From Thermodesulfobacteriota bacterium (GTDB lineage: Bacteria > Desulfobacterota > Desulfobacteria > Desulfobacterales > SURF-7): a stretch of DNA of 64,000 bases. The stretch lies in contig JBMORA010000031.1 in the NCBI GenBank assembly GCA_049320885.1, forward strand, positions 58,245 to 122,244. The letters are read 5' to 3'. The notes beneath the pieces are model-generated. The model had not been told where the DNA came from, did no database searches, and saw only the letters and a list, made by a program, of their open reading frames with translations. Of this stretch, positions 28,280 to 38,232 are shown piece after piece (positions within the stretch are counted from its first letter, which is position 1; every line of letters starts with the position of its first letter). The position numbers and the translations under genes are program-made.

Positions 28280-30160
28280 TCAGGTTTCCGCTTCCGTCTC
28301 CAGAACGGCGGCCTGGAGGTCCAGCTCGTTGCGTTCCTTTTCGTAGGTTTCGGTCACCTCGGTAAGTTCCTGGAATAAACCGTCGATTCGGGACTGGCAG
28401 CGATGAATGTCCTGGGACAGGGCCACAATCCGTTTTCCGTCCCCGGCCTGGGAGGCCGCCTGCATGGCGGCGTGATGCCCGGCCAATTCCTCTTCCAGGG
28501 CGGCGATGGCGTCTTCCGTCCGGTTGATCCTGGTTTCCAGCGGTTTCAGGATCTTTGACCGCAGCGCCGTGATCTCCGAACGCCGTTTGCGGAGCTCTTT
28601 CTTGCTGAGCTTGGCACCTTCCGTATCCCGGACCTCCGCCGGCTTGCTCAAAACGGTGTCCCCCAAGGCGGCACCTGACTCCCGCCATCCGTCCTTGTCC
28701 AGAAAATCCTGGTAGGTGCCCTCGAATACAACGGCCTGCTCGTCCTGAAACACGATCAGTCGCTTGGCCAGGGCATGCAGGAACATCTCGTTGTGAGTGA
28801 CCATCACCACGGCGCCGTCGAAATTGTCCACGGCGGCCAGGAGGGAATCGCAGGACTCCATGTCCAGGTGGTTGGTGGGTTCGTCCAACAGCAGCAGGTT
28901 CACCGGGGTCACCAGCAGTTTGCCGAGCATGACCCGGCTTTTTTCTCCGCCGGAAATGACGGCGATTTTTTTCAGGGCTTCATCCCCAGAAAACATCATT
29001 GCGCCGCAGATGTTGCGGGCCGCCTGCCGGTCGATGTCCGGATGGGCGTACAAAACCTCTTCCTCAACGGTCTTGTTGTCATCCAGACAATCCGTGTGGG
29101 TCTGGTCGAAAAAACCAACCTCCACGCCGGGGCTGTAAACGATATCCCCCCGGTGGGGTTTCATCTCGCCCGCCAGGAGCTTGAGCAGAGTGGTTTTCCC
29201 CTTGCCGTTCCGGCCGATGACGCCGATCCGGTCCTGGGCTTGAATGACGGTGCTCAACCCGCTGAACAGGGGACGTCCGGGTTCGTACCCGAAGGTCAGG
29301 TCGCGAAGGGACAGCATGGTTTTCCCCTTGTACGGTTTGCTGCGGAAGGAAAACTCCAGGTTCTGAACCTTTTCCAGCTTGTCCTTCTTCTCCAGCTTGG
29401 CCAGGGTCTTGATCCGGGATTGCACCATGTTCGCGAGACGGGCCTTGGCCCGGAACCGGCTGATGAACAGCTCCATTTCCTTGCGGCGGCGCTCGTCATT
29501 CACCCGGGTTTTTTCGTACACTTCCTCGTCCTGGGCGATCTGGCCGTAATATTTTCCGGTATCCCCGGGTATTTTCCGGATTTTCAGGCGATGGATGCCG
29601 GCGGTATGGGTCACCACCTTGTCCATGAAACTGCGGTCATGGGTCACCAGCAGCAACTCATGGGGCCAGTTCAGCAGAAACCCCTCGATCCAGCGGATGG
29701 CTGTAATATCCAAATAGTTGGTGGGTTCGTCCAGCAGCAGCAAATCCGGCTCCGCCACCAGGGCCTTGGCCAGATTCAGGCGCACCTGGTAGCCGCCGGA
29801 AAACTCCTGGGGACGGCGGTTCATGTCCGCCATGGAAAAACCGAGGCCGGCCAGGATCTTTTCCGCTTTCCAGGTGTTCTCCCGTTCGGCGGCCGGCATG
29901 TCCGCCATGCATTCGGCGATGACCGTGTCCCATTGGAAATCGAACTGCTGCTTCACATGTCCGATGCGATAGTGCCTGGGGATTTGGATAAGGCCCTTTT
30001 CGGGCTCCTCTTCGCCGAGCAGCAACCGCATGAAGGTGGTCTTCCCGTGACCGTTCCGTCCCACCAGACCGATGCGCTCCCTGGGATTGATGCTGAACTG
30101 GATGTCCTCCAGCAGAACCCGGCTGCCGAAGCTTTTGGTCATGTTTTCGATGCGGACCAT
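28280..30160 (-). CDS. ABC-F family ATP-binding protein (ribosome-associated)
   Basis: Two ABC domains (GRNGHGKTT, GRNGKGKTT; FSGG/ISGG; LLDEPTN), no TM segments, C-terminal coiled coil. Confidence 0.93.
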   Translation of the reverse strand: MVRIENMTKSFGSRVLLEDIQFSINPRERIGLVGRNGHGKTTFMRLLLGEEEPEKGLIQIPRHYRIGHVKQQFDFQWDTVIAECMADMPAAERENTWKAEKILAGLGFSMADMNRRPQEFSGGYQVRLNLAKALVAEPDLLLLDEPTNYLDITAIRWIEGFLLNWPHELLLVTHDRSFMDKVVTHTAGIHRLKIRKIPGDTGKYYGQIAQDEEVYEKTRVNDERRRKEMELFISRFRAKARLANMVQSRIKTLAKLEKKDKLEKVQNLEFSFRSKPYKGKTMLSLRDLTFGYEPGRPLFSGLSTVIQAQDRIGVIGRNGKGKTTLLKLLAGEMKPHRGDIVYSPGVEVGFFDQTHTDCLDDNKTVEEEVLYAHPDIDRQAARNICGAMMFSGDEALKKIAVISGGEKSRVMLGKLLVTPVNLLLLDEPTNHLDMESCDSLLAAVDNFDGAVVMVTHNEMFLHALAKRLIVFQDEQAVVFEGTYQDFLDKDGWRESGAALGDTVLSKPAEVRDTEGAKLSKKELRKRRSEITALRSKILKPLETRINRTEDAIAALEEELAGHHAAMQAASQAGDGKRIVALSQDIHRCQSRIDGLFQELTEVTETYEKERNELDLQAAVLETEAET

Positions 30161-30192
30161 GCTTCCTTCCTTTCATCCGCGAATCCAAAACG

Positions 30193-30909
30193 TTATCGTT
30201 TGAAAAGTTCATTCTTGAAGGCGCGGAAACCTTCCCGTTCATGGGCATATGCCGCGGCCAGGGTGGTCCCGTTCCGGTATTCGATCAGATTCTGAATATC
30301 CCCCAGGATGTTCTGGTGGACCGCGCAGATGTCGGCGGCGATCTGCCTGGCCCTGGGCAGGAGCATCTCATGGGGCACCACCTCGTTCACCAGGCCCCAT
30401 TGAAAGGCTTTCTGGGCGGATATGGGCTGGCAGGTGTAGGACATCTGGCGCGCGCGGCGCTGGCCGATGGCCTGCTGCAGCAACTGGGTCATTCCCCAGC
30501 CGGGATGAATGCCCACCTTGGCATGGGTGTCGGCAAAAAAGGCCTGTTCGCTGGCGATGAGGAAATCGCAGTTCAGGGCGATCTCGAACCCGCCGGTGAT
30601 GGCATATCCGTTGATCGCCCCGATGAGGGGTTTCCGGCATTCCGCAATGATGTCCGGAAGATCGCGGCCGTCATCCCGGGGATCGAACAGATTTTCCGTC
30701 ACGGCGGCCTCCAGGTCGATGCCGGAGCAGAAGGATTTGCCGTTTCCGGTAAGGATCGCGACCCGGATCTCTTCCTTGCGGCTCACGGTTTCCAGATGGT
30801 CGTACAGGCAGCACAGCAGGGCCTGGTTGATGGCATTGTGCCGTTTGGGGCGATTCAGGGTGATCAGGGCCACCTGATCGCGAACTTCGAACAGTACGGC
30901 TTGTTCCAT
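30193..30909 (-). CDS. Enoyl-CoA hydratase/isomerase family protein
   Basis: ITLNRP..HNAI, FCSGIDL, AINGYAITGGFEIALNCD, DTHAKVG.HPGWG. Confidence 0.92.
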   Translation of the reverse strand: MEQAVLFEVRDQVALITLNRPKRHNAINQALLCCLYDHLETVSRKEEIRVAILTGNGKSFCSGIDLEAAVTENLFDPRDDGRDLPDIIAECRKPLIGAINGYAITGGFEIALNCDFLIASEQAFFADTHAKVGIHPGWGMTQLLQQAIGQRRARQMSYTCQPISAQKAFQWGLVNEVVPHEMLLPRARQIAADICAVHQNILGDIQNLIEYRNGTTLAAAYAHEREGFRAFKNELFKR

Positions 30910-31270
30910 GGGGTTTCTCCTTGTTATCATTATGGGTGATGCCATGCATGCGCACCTTTCCGGCGCGGAGCGGATACGGTCAATCACCGCCGAATCATAC
31001 CCGATACAATTTGAAAAACAACCGCAAAATAGATCCTGTTCCCCATGGCAAACGGAATGCCCAACCGCCCATTTTTTTTTGCTTTTCCCTGCGGCTCTGC
31101 GTGAAGACAATTCTTTCACGCCATTGCGGGACAACCCCCGCAGGCGTTTGAGTTATCCCGCAGAGACGCCGGGACGAAGCGAAAAAACACGGCCATACGA
31201 TATCATGGTGCCACAGTTCCGGCTGTATCGAATGTATAAGCGATGGCCCTGAACGGACACCGGACACGGC

Positions 31271-31299
31271 TTGACACCGGCGACATATCCTGCCATAAT
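31271..31299 (+). promoter_or_regulatory. Sigma70-type promoter for XRE-cupin/oxidoreductase operon
   Basis: TTGACA-N17-CATAAT with extended -10 TG. Confidence 0.7.
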
Positions 31300-31471
31300 G
31301 TCATCATATTTCGTTTCCTTCAGCGACCCATAACCCATTCATCCGTCACCGAATTCATACCTGCCGAAAGGCACATTTGTTGCCCGTTCTGGCAGGCTGG
31401 CTGACGGAAGTTCCGGTTTTCCCGCAACCAAACGAACGGAAAGCAAGCGGGATGTGATCAGAGGAGGTCCC

Positions 31472-32071
31472 ATGACCGAGCCGACAACAGCGGGTCCGGC
31501 TGTCAACGCCTTTAAAATCGGAGATAAAATCAAGGAGCTGCGGGGGAAACACCGCTATACCATCCAGGACATGAGCGCCAAAACCGGCCTGTCCCAGGAG
31601 GAATTGACCCGGATCGAAAACAACGAGATCGTGCCCCCGGTGGCGACCCTCCTCACCCTGGCCACAGCCCTGCAGGTGGGCATGGTCTATTTTTTTCAGG
31701 AAACGGCCGGCAGCGGCAAGATCGCCGTGACCCGGAAAAACGAGCGGGTCCGCATCGAAAGACGGCCCCATCACCAGAAAGGGGAAGTCAATTACATTTA
31801 CGAAACCCTGGAAGCCAAAAAAACCAACAAGCACATGGAACCCTTCCTGGTGGAGTTCCCCAGACTGGATACCGCCGACATGATTTTCGTCAGCCACAAG
31901 GGGGAGGAATTCCTGCATGTGCTGGAAGGCCGGCTGGAGTTCCGCAGCGTGGATCAGGTGCACGTGCTCGAACCCGGAGACAGCATCTATTTCGAGTCCG
32001 ACATCGCCCACAGTTTCCGCTGCCTCAGCGATCAGACGGCCCGGGCCATCGTGGTGGTGTTTCATATGTAA
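31472..32071 (+). CDS. XRE-family HTH regulator with cupin domain
   Basis: IGDKIKELR...LSQEELTRIEN HTH; cupin HKGEEFLHVLEG, GDSIYFES..AH; GGAGG RBS. Confidence 0.92.
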   Translation: MTEPTTAGPAVNAFKIGDKIKELRGKHRYTIQDMSAKTGLSQEELTRIENNEIVPPVATLLTLATALQVGMVYFFQETAGSGKIAVTRKNERVRIERRPHHQKGEVNYIYETLEAKKTNKHMEPFLVEFPRLDTADMIFVSHKGEEFLHVLEGRLEFRSVDQVHVLEPGDSIYFESDIAHSFRCLSDQTARAIVVVFHM

Positions 32072-32075
32072 CTGC

Positions 32076-32102
32076 AATTACGAATTGGGAATTACGAATT
32101 CG
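32076..32102 (+). repeat. Degenerate heptamer repeat (AATTACG-type)
   Basis: aattacg aattggg aattacg aattcg filling the regulator-gamma subunit spacer. Confidence 0.8.
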
Positions 32103-32103
32103 A

Positions 32104-32670
32104 ATGATCGAAATCCGTTTCCATGGACGCGGCGGTCAAGGCACGGTGGTGGCCACCATCCTGCTCGCCAAGGCCTTCTTCAAGGCCGATTATCAGGTGC
32201 AGAGCTTTCCCCTTTTCGGCGTGGAGCGAAGGGGCGCGCCGGTGGAGGCCTATTTGCGCCTGGACAGGGAAGAAATCCTGATCCGCACCAATGTATATCG
32301 GCCCGATCATGTGGTGGTCATGGACCGGTCCCTCCTGCACTCCGTCGATGTCACCCGGGGCCTGAAAAAAGGCGGCTGGATTCTCATCAACACACCGGAT
32401 CCCCCTGAGCCGGATTCCGCCTTCGCGCCGTTCCGGACCGCTTGGATCGACGCCACCCGCATCGCCCGGGACAACGGTCTGGGAACCAGGACCCATCCCA
32501 TCCTGAACACCGCCATGATGGGGGCCTTTGCGCGGCTCCTGGGCATGCCGCCCATGGAAGCCGTGGTCGGAGCCATACGGGAGGAAATTCCGGATCAGGT
32601 TGAACCGAATATCCAGGCAGCCCGGGACGCCTTTGCGGCTGTCAAAACACCGGGCCCGGCAAGAGAATGA
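32104..32670 (+). CDS. 2-oxoacid:acceptor oxidoreductase gamma subunit (PorC-like)
   Basis: EIRFHGRGGQG, FP.FG.ERRGAPV, NTAMMGA. Confidence 0.93.
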   Translation: MIEIRFHGRGGQGTVVATILLAKAFFKADYQVQSFPLFGVERRGAPVEAYLRLDREEILIRTNVYRPDHVVVMDRSLLHSVDVTRGLKKGGWILINTPDPPEPDSAFAPFRTAWIDATRIARDNGLGTRTHPILNTAMMGAFARLLGMPPMEAVVGAIREEIPDQVEPNIQAARDAFAAVKTPGPARE

Positions 32671-34448
32671 TGCAGAACATGAAACCCAGTCGATCCCCTG
32701 ACAGACAACCGCCGATTCAGGAACCCCTGCTGATTTCCAGATCCCATATGACCTCGGAAAGCAACAAAACCGGGTCATGGCGCTACCTGATGCCGCGGTA
32801 TCACGACAAAACAGCGCCCTGCAGCGTCGCCTGCCCCGCCGGGGAAGACATCGGCCGCATCGAGATGCTGAACACCCAGGGGTTTTTCAAGGAAGCCTGG
32901 GAGACGATTCTGCTGGAGAATCCGTTTCCGGCGGTTTGCGGCCGCATCTGCTTCCACCCCTGTGAATCGGTCTGCAACCGTAAACGGTTCGATGAGGCCG
33001 TCTCCATCCGATCCCTGGAGCGGTTTGTCGCCGATACGGCCCAGCGCTACAAACTGGAGGCCTCCCTCCAGCCCGCCGCCCGCCGCGGCGAGAAGATCGC
33101 CGTGGTGGGAGCCGGTCCGGCCGGACTGGCGGCGGCCCATTTCCTGACCCTGCTGGGATATGCCTGCGATGTCTTCGAGGCCTTGCCGGAACCCGGAGGA
33201 ATCCTTCGTTGGGGCCTCCCGCGTTACCGGCTGCCCCTGGAAGCGCTGGCGCCGGAAATCGAACGCATCCGACAGGCGGGCGTCTCCTTCTTCTGCGGCC
33301 AACCCGTCCGGAAGGACTTTTTCCGGACCGCCGCCGAATCCTACGCCGCCATTTTCATGACCTGTGGCCTGGGCCGCATGCCGCGTCTGGGCATCCCCGG
33401 GGAGGAATCGGCGGGCGTCGGCGACGGATTCGCTTTTCTGCGCGCCATTGTCCAGGACGATCCTCCGGTCCTTTCCGGCCTGACGGCCGTCATCGGCGGA
33501 GGCAATACGGCCGTGGATGTGGCCCGTTGCGCCAGACGTCTCGGCGCCCCGGCCGTCATCCTGTATCGGCGCAGACGTCAGGACATGCCGGCCTTCGGGG
33601 AAGAAATCGAGATGGCGCTTTCCGAAGGCGTGGAATTGATGGAGCTCTGTGTTCCCGTCAACATCCAGCCGGTGGAAGGCGGCCTGGGCATCACCCTGCA
33701 GCAGATGAAACCGTCGACCCCGGACGCGGACGGACGAACCCGGTCGGTTCCGGACGGGAAACGAGTGCACACCATCACCGCGGCCCATGTATTCAAAGCC
33801 ATCGGCTTCGAGGCCGGGGAACCCTGGCATCTCCCGCCCCCGGAAAAAGAAAACCGGCTGAGACTCCGCCATTCCGTGCTGACCATGTTGCCGGACGCCA
33901 TCCCGGTGGTGTACTGCGGCGACCCGGTCACTGACATCCAAAGCGTGGTGCATGCCGTGGCCTCGGCCAAGGAGGGGGCCATGGCTTTGGATGTTCTGTT
34001 CCGCAAGGGCTTCCGGTCGATTCCCGAAGAACTTTCTTCCGCCGCCGCCGGCCAGGACGGCGCGCTCTCCATGGAATGCCACCTGAAAGGTCTGCGTTCC
34101 TCCCGCAGTCCCCATGTGGTCGCCTATGAGGAAATCAACATCGATTATTTCGAATATGCGCCGCGACTGGTCCAGCCGAGATTGCTGCAGTCCGAACGAC
34201 TGGAGTCCTTCGCTGAAATCGATTTGAAAATTTCCGCCAGCATGGCCATCCGCGAAGCGGAGCGCTGCTTCAACTGCGGACTCTGCAACCAGTGCGACAA
34301 CTGCCGGATCTTCTGTCCGGACCTCGCGGTGAAACTCGATGATTCCCTCCGGGGACGCGGGATCGATTACGACTATTGCAAGGGCTGCGGCATCTGCGTT
34401 GTGGAATGTCCGCGCAACGCCATGGTGCTCGAGGAGGAAAAGGAATAA
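32667..34448 (+). CDS. DsrL/GltD-like NAD(P)-dependent FAD/Fe-S oxidoreductase with C-terminal PorD-like ferredoxin domain
   Basis: PC..ACP and CGRIC.HPCE..C clusters, GAGPAG, GGGNTA, YRR, ERCFNCGLCNQCDNC..FCP, CKGCGICVVECP. Confidence 0.88.
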   Translation: MMQNMKPSRSPDRQPPIQEPLLISRSHMTSESNKTGSWRYLMPRYHDKTAPCSVACPAGEDIGRIEMLNTQGFFKEAWETILLENPFPAVCGRICFHPCESVCNRKRFDEAVSIRSLERFVADTAQRYKLEASLQPAARRGEKIAVVGAGPAGLAAAHFLTLLGYACDVFEALPEPGGILRWGLPRYRLPLEALAPEIERIRQAGVSFFCGQPVRKDFFRTAAESYAAIFMTCGLGRMPRLGIPGEESAGVGDGFAFLRAIVQDDPPVLSGLTAVIGGGNTAVDVARCARRLGAPAVILYRRRRQDMPAFGEEIEMALSEGVELMELCVPVNIQPVEGGLGITLQQMKPSTPDADGRTRSVPDGKRVHTITAAHVFKAIGFEAGEPWHLPPPEKENRLRLRHSVLTMLPDAIPVVYCGDPVTDIQSVVHAVASAKEGAMALDVLFRKGFRSIPEELSSAAAGQDGALSMECHLKGLRSSRSPHVVAYEEINIDYFEYAPRLVQPRLLQSERLESFAEIDLKISASMAIREAERCFNCGLCNQCDNCRIFCPDLAVKLDDSLRGRGIDYDYCKGCGICVVECPRNAMVLEEEKE

Positions 34449-35605
34449 TGAAACAAGTGCTCGAAGGCAGCCATGCCGTGGCGGAAGCGGTCCGACTGGC
34501 GAAGGTGCAGGTTATCTCCGCCTATCCCATCACTCCCCAGACCCACATCGTGGAACGTCTCTCCGATTACTGCGCCTCGGGCGCCATTCAGGCCCGCTTC
34601 CTGCGGGTGGAAAGCGAACACTCCGCCCTGGCGGTGATGATCGGTGCCGCCAGCACCGGCATGCGCACCTTCACGGCCACCTCCTCCCAGGGGCTGGCCC
34701 TGATGCATGAACTCCTCCACTGGGCCTCGGGCGCCCGCCTGCCCATTGTCATGGCGGAAGTCAACCGCGCCCTGGCGCCGGGATGGAACATCTGGACGGA
34801 TCAGACCGACAGCCTTTCCCAGCGGGACACCGGCTGGATCCAGCTGTACTGTGAAACCGGCCAGGAGGTGCTGGACACCACCCTCCTGGCCTTCCGGATC
34901 GCCGAAGCCGTGGACCTGCCGGCCATGGTGGTATTGGACGCCTTCTTTCTCTCCCACACCTATGAGCCGGTGGACATTCCCTCCCAGGAGGAAGCGGACA
35001 GGTTTTTGCCCGCCTTCTGCCCTCGCATTCAGCTGGATCCGGACAATCCCTGCGCCCTCAACCAGCTCTCGCCCCCTGGGGTCTACATGGAAATGCGCCA
35101 CCAGATCCACCAGGCCATGGAAAAAACCCTGGCGGAATTCGCCTCCATGGAGAAGGAGTTCCAGCAGGTTTTCGGCCGCGGGTACGGCATGGTGGAGGCT
35201 GTTCACTGCGAGGACGCGGAAACCATCCTGGTGGTTTCCGGCACCATCACCAGCACGTCGCGGCAGTTCGTCCGCAACCTGCGGGCCGAGGGAGAAAAAA
35301 TCGGGTTGCTCAAGATCAAGCTGTTTCGGCCGTTTCCGGTGGAGTTGGTCCGCCGGTATCTGAAAAAGGCCCGCAAGGTCGCCGTCATCGACCGCAATTG
35401 CTCCTTTGGCGCCGGCGGAATATTCGCCCAGGAAGTCCGGGCGGCTCTCTGCCGCCTGTCCCGCCGGCCCCACGTCTTCGGCTTTATCGCCGGGCTCGGC
35501 GGCCGCGATGTGACCATCGAAACCCTGGCGGATATCCATGGGTATCTCCGGAACCATGACCGGCCGGATGCGGAAAGCATCTGGATCGGACTGAAAGAGG
35601 TGTAA
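34448..35605 (+). CDS. 2-oxoacid:acceptor oxidoreductase alpha subunit (PorA-like)
   Basis: AYPITPQT, VESEHSA, TATSSQGL, NRA, FRPFP, GLGGRD. Confidence 0.93.
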   Translation: MKQVLEGSHAVAEAVRLAKVQVISAYPITPQTHIVERLSDYCASGAIQARFLRVESEHSALAVMIGAASTGMRTFTATSSQGLALMHELLHWASGARLPIVMAEVNRALAPGWNIWTDQTDSLSQRDTGWIQLYCETGQEVLDTTLLAFRIAEAVDLPAMVVLDAFFLSHTYEPVDIPSQEEADRFLPAFCPRIQLDPDNPCALNQLSPPGVYMEMRHQIHQAMEKTLAEFASMEKEFQQVFGRGYGMVEAVHCEDAETILVVSGTITSTSRQFVRNLRAEGEKIGLLKIKLFRPFPVELVRRYLKKARKVAVIDRNCSFGAGGIFAQEVRAALCRLSRRPHVFGFIAGLGGRDVTIETLADIHGYLRNHDRPDAESIWIGLKEV

Positions 35606-35606
35606 C

Positions 35607-36491
35607 GTGCGGGAACAAGCGCCTGATACGGATCACATGTATTCCGGCCATGTCGGCTGCGCCGGATGCGGCGCCGCCATCGCCATGCGTTTTTTTCTCA
35701 AGGCCCTGGGCGACCGGGCCATCATGGTGATGCCGGCCTGCTGCTGGTCCATCATCGCCGGCCCGTATCCCATGTCGGCATTGCAAATCCCCCTGATCCA
35801 CACGGCCTTCGAAACCGGCGGCGCGGTGGCCAGCGGGGTGCGCGCGGCCCTGGACATGAAGGGCGATACGGAAACCACCGTGGTCACCTGGGCCGGCGAC
35901 GGCGGCACCTTCGACATCGGCTTTCAGGCCCTCAGCGGCGCCGTGGAACGCAACGAAAACTTCATCTATGTCTGTTATGACAATGAAGCCTACATGAACA
36001 CCGGCGTCCAGGGAAGCTCCTCGACCCCTTATGGCGCCTGGACCACCACCACTCCGGGACGGGAATGGAAGAAAATGAGGAAAAAGAACATCGTGGAAGC
36101 CCTGGTGGCCCATCGGATTCCCTATGCCGCCACCGCCAGCATCGCCTATCCCGAGGATTTGATGCGCAAAGTTAAAAAGGCAAAGGAACTCAACGGTTCC
36201 CGTTTTCTCCATATTTTTTCGAGCTGCCCCACCGGCTGGCGCCTGCCCTCTGAAATGTCTGTCAAAATCGCCCGGATGGCGGTCCAGACCAATATTTTTC
36301 CGTTGTACGAGGTGGAAAACGGGACCAAATACACCATCAACCTGACGCCCAAGGGCTATCTCGTCCGGGAATATTTCAAACTCCAGGGCCGTTTCCGGCA
36401 TCTGACCGACAACGATCTGACGGCGATCCAGGAAATGGTCAATGAGGACTGGAAACTGCTGCTGCGCAAGGCCGGGATTTCTCCACCCTAG
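35607..36491 (+). CDS. 2-oxoacid:acceptor oxidoreductase beta subunit (PorB-like, TPP-binding)
   Basis: CAGCG, GDGGTFDIG, YDNEAYMNTG, CPTGW. Confidence 0.93.
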   Translation: MREQAPDTDHMYSGHVGCAGCGAAIAMRFFLKALGDRAIMVMPACCWSIIAGPYPMSALQIPLIHTAFETGGAVASGVRAALDMKGDTETTVVTWAGDGGTFDIGFQALSGAVERNENFIYVCYDNEAYMNTGVQGSSSTPYGAWTTTTPGREWKKMRKKNIVEALVAHRIPYAATASIAYPEDLMRKVKKAKELNGSRFLHIFSSCPTGWRLPSEMSVKIARMAVQTNIFPLYEVENGTKYTINLTPKGYLVREYFKLQGRFRHLTDNDLTAIQEMVNEDWKLLLRKAGISPP

Positions 36492-36814
36492 GGTTGATCC
36501 CTGGACAGGCATCTTTCTCCAGCAAGCCCCCTGGAATAAATAGGATTTACCTGCCGATATCTCCCATTTGGCTTCCTGGTGCACCGACGAGGCGATTCCC
36601 TATCTCATTGGGTGAAACGCCACGGTTCGGATGGATGGAGGCAACCGACCCAGAACGAAAAAACGGGATTGTTTCCATATTGACTCCAGTCCCATTTTTC
36701 CTGTAGATTTCATTCTGTTTTGTTTTTCATCGACCACGGGAGGTCCGGATTGTTCCAGGCCGATCCCGGATATGATGATATGTACGCGATCCGACAGTCC
36801 AGAGGAACAGCATC

Positions 36815-38212
36815 TTGCTTCCATTCCGCACATGGTATCATGAAAAATACCGGCATCTATGGCGCCGTTTTTTTCAATCCCCCGCCCGGGTTTCCATCCT
36901 GGGCTTCATGGTGCTGATTCTGCTGGGCAGCCTTCTGCTCATGCTGCCCCACTCCTCCACCGCCGCGCCGCTTTCCTTCATCGACGCCCTGTTCACCGCC
37001 ACATCGGCGGCCTGCGTCACCGGCCTGTCGGTGATGGATATCGGCCGGGAACTGACCCTGTTCGGTCAACTGACCGTCCTGGGGCTGATCCAGGTCGGCG
37101 GACTGGGCATCATGACCATTTCAACCCTGTTCATGCTCATTGCCGGAAAACAACTCAGCCTGACGGAGCTGTCCATCATCCGGGATAGCTTCACCCAGAG
37201 CGGCGAACGCAACCTGAAATCCATTCTCCGGGATATCATCGTCTTCACCCTGGTGATCGAAGCCGGCGGCGCCCTGATTCTGTTCCTGCGCTTCCTGCCG
37301 GGCCGGTCCGCTTCGGATGCGGCCTACTTGTCCGTGTTTCATGCCGTCAGCGCCTTCTGCAACGCCGGATTCTCCCTGTTTTCCGACAGTCTGACGGGGT
37401 ATGCCGGGGACTTGATTGTCAACCTCGTCATCGTCTTTCTGATCGTCAGCGGCGGCATCGGTTTTCTGGTGATGTCGGAGTTGAAACGGGGTTTTCCCTT
37501 GAACCATCGCAAATGGTCGCGCCTGAGCCTGCATTCCAAGCTGATGCTGTCCTCCACCGGGCTGATTCTTCTCATCAGCACCCTCGTCATCGCCTCCATG
37601 GAGTGGCACAACACCCTGGCCGACCTGTCGGCCCCGGAACGGATCCTGGCCGCTTTTTTCCAGGCCGCGACCACCCGGACAGCCGGATTCAACACCATTC
37701 CCATCGGCGACATGACCAGTGAAACCCTCTTTTTCATGATCCTGCTCATGTTTATCGGCGCCGGACCCGGGTCCTGCGCCGGCGGCATCAAAATCACCAC
37801 CCTGGCGACGATATCCCTCCTCGGGTTGTCACGCCTTCTGGGATACAGCCGGCCCCAGATCTTCCACCGCACCATCTCGGAGGAAAGCTCGGAAAAAGCC
37901 GTGGGTCTCGCGCTGCTCAGCGGCTTCATCGTCATTCTGGGAACCATGCTGATGCTGATGTCCGAACTGGGCGACATCCCCCATACCCAAAGCCGGGGCG
38001 GCTTTCTGGAACTTCTCTTCGAAACCGTCAGCGCTTTCGGCACCGTCGGTCTTTCCACCGGCATCACCGCCGCCATGTCGGCCCTGGGCAAATTCATCAT
38101 CACCTGCATCATGTTCATGGGTCGTCTCGGCCCCATGGTCATCGCCGTGGCCGTAAGCCGGACCATCGACAAAAACCACTACCATGCCACCGAGCACATC
38201 ATGATCGGCTGA
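36815..38212 (+). CDS. ktrB: Ktr/Trk potassium uptake membrane subunit
   Basis: DALFTATSA.CVTGL, SAFCNAGF, TRTAGFN, SAFGTVGLS, MFMGRLG; start codon uncertain. Confidence 0.93.
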   Translation: MLPFRTWYHEKYRHLWRRFFQSPARVSILGFMVLILLGSLLLMLPHSSTAAPLSFIDALFTATSAACVTGLSVMDIGRELTLFGQLTVLGLIQVGGLGIMTISTLFMLIAGKQLSLTELSIIRDSFTQSGERNLKSILRDIIVFTLVIEAGGALILFLRFLPGRSASDAAYLSVFHAVSAFCNAGFSLFSDSLTGYAGDLIVNLVIVFLIVSGGIGFLVMSELKRGFPLNHRKWSRLSLHSKLMLSSTGLILLISTLVIASMEWHNTLADLSAPERILAAFFQAATTRTAGFNTIPIGDMTSETLFFMILLMFIGAGPGSCAGGIKITTLATISLLGLSRLLGYSRPQIFHRTISEESSEKAVGLALLSGFIVILGTMLMLMSELGDIPHTQSRGGFLELLFETVSAFGTVGLSTGITAAMSALGKFIITCIMFMGRLGPMVIAVAVSRTIDKNHYHATEHIMIG

Positions 38213-38232
38213 CGCATTGAATGAGGCATTGA

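Noticed and set aside
36494..36814. Possible c-di-AMP (ydaO) riboswitch upstream of ktrB
   Set aside because: Only a simple hairpin near 36658-36700 is visible; I could not find the ydaO consensus elements
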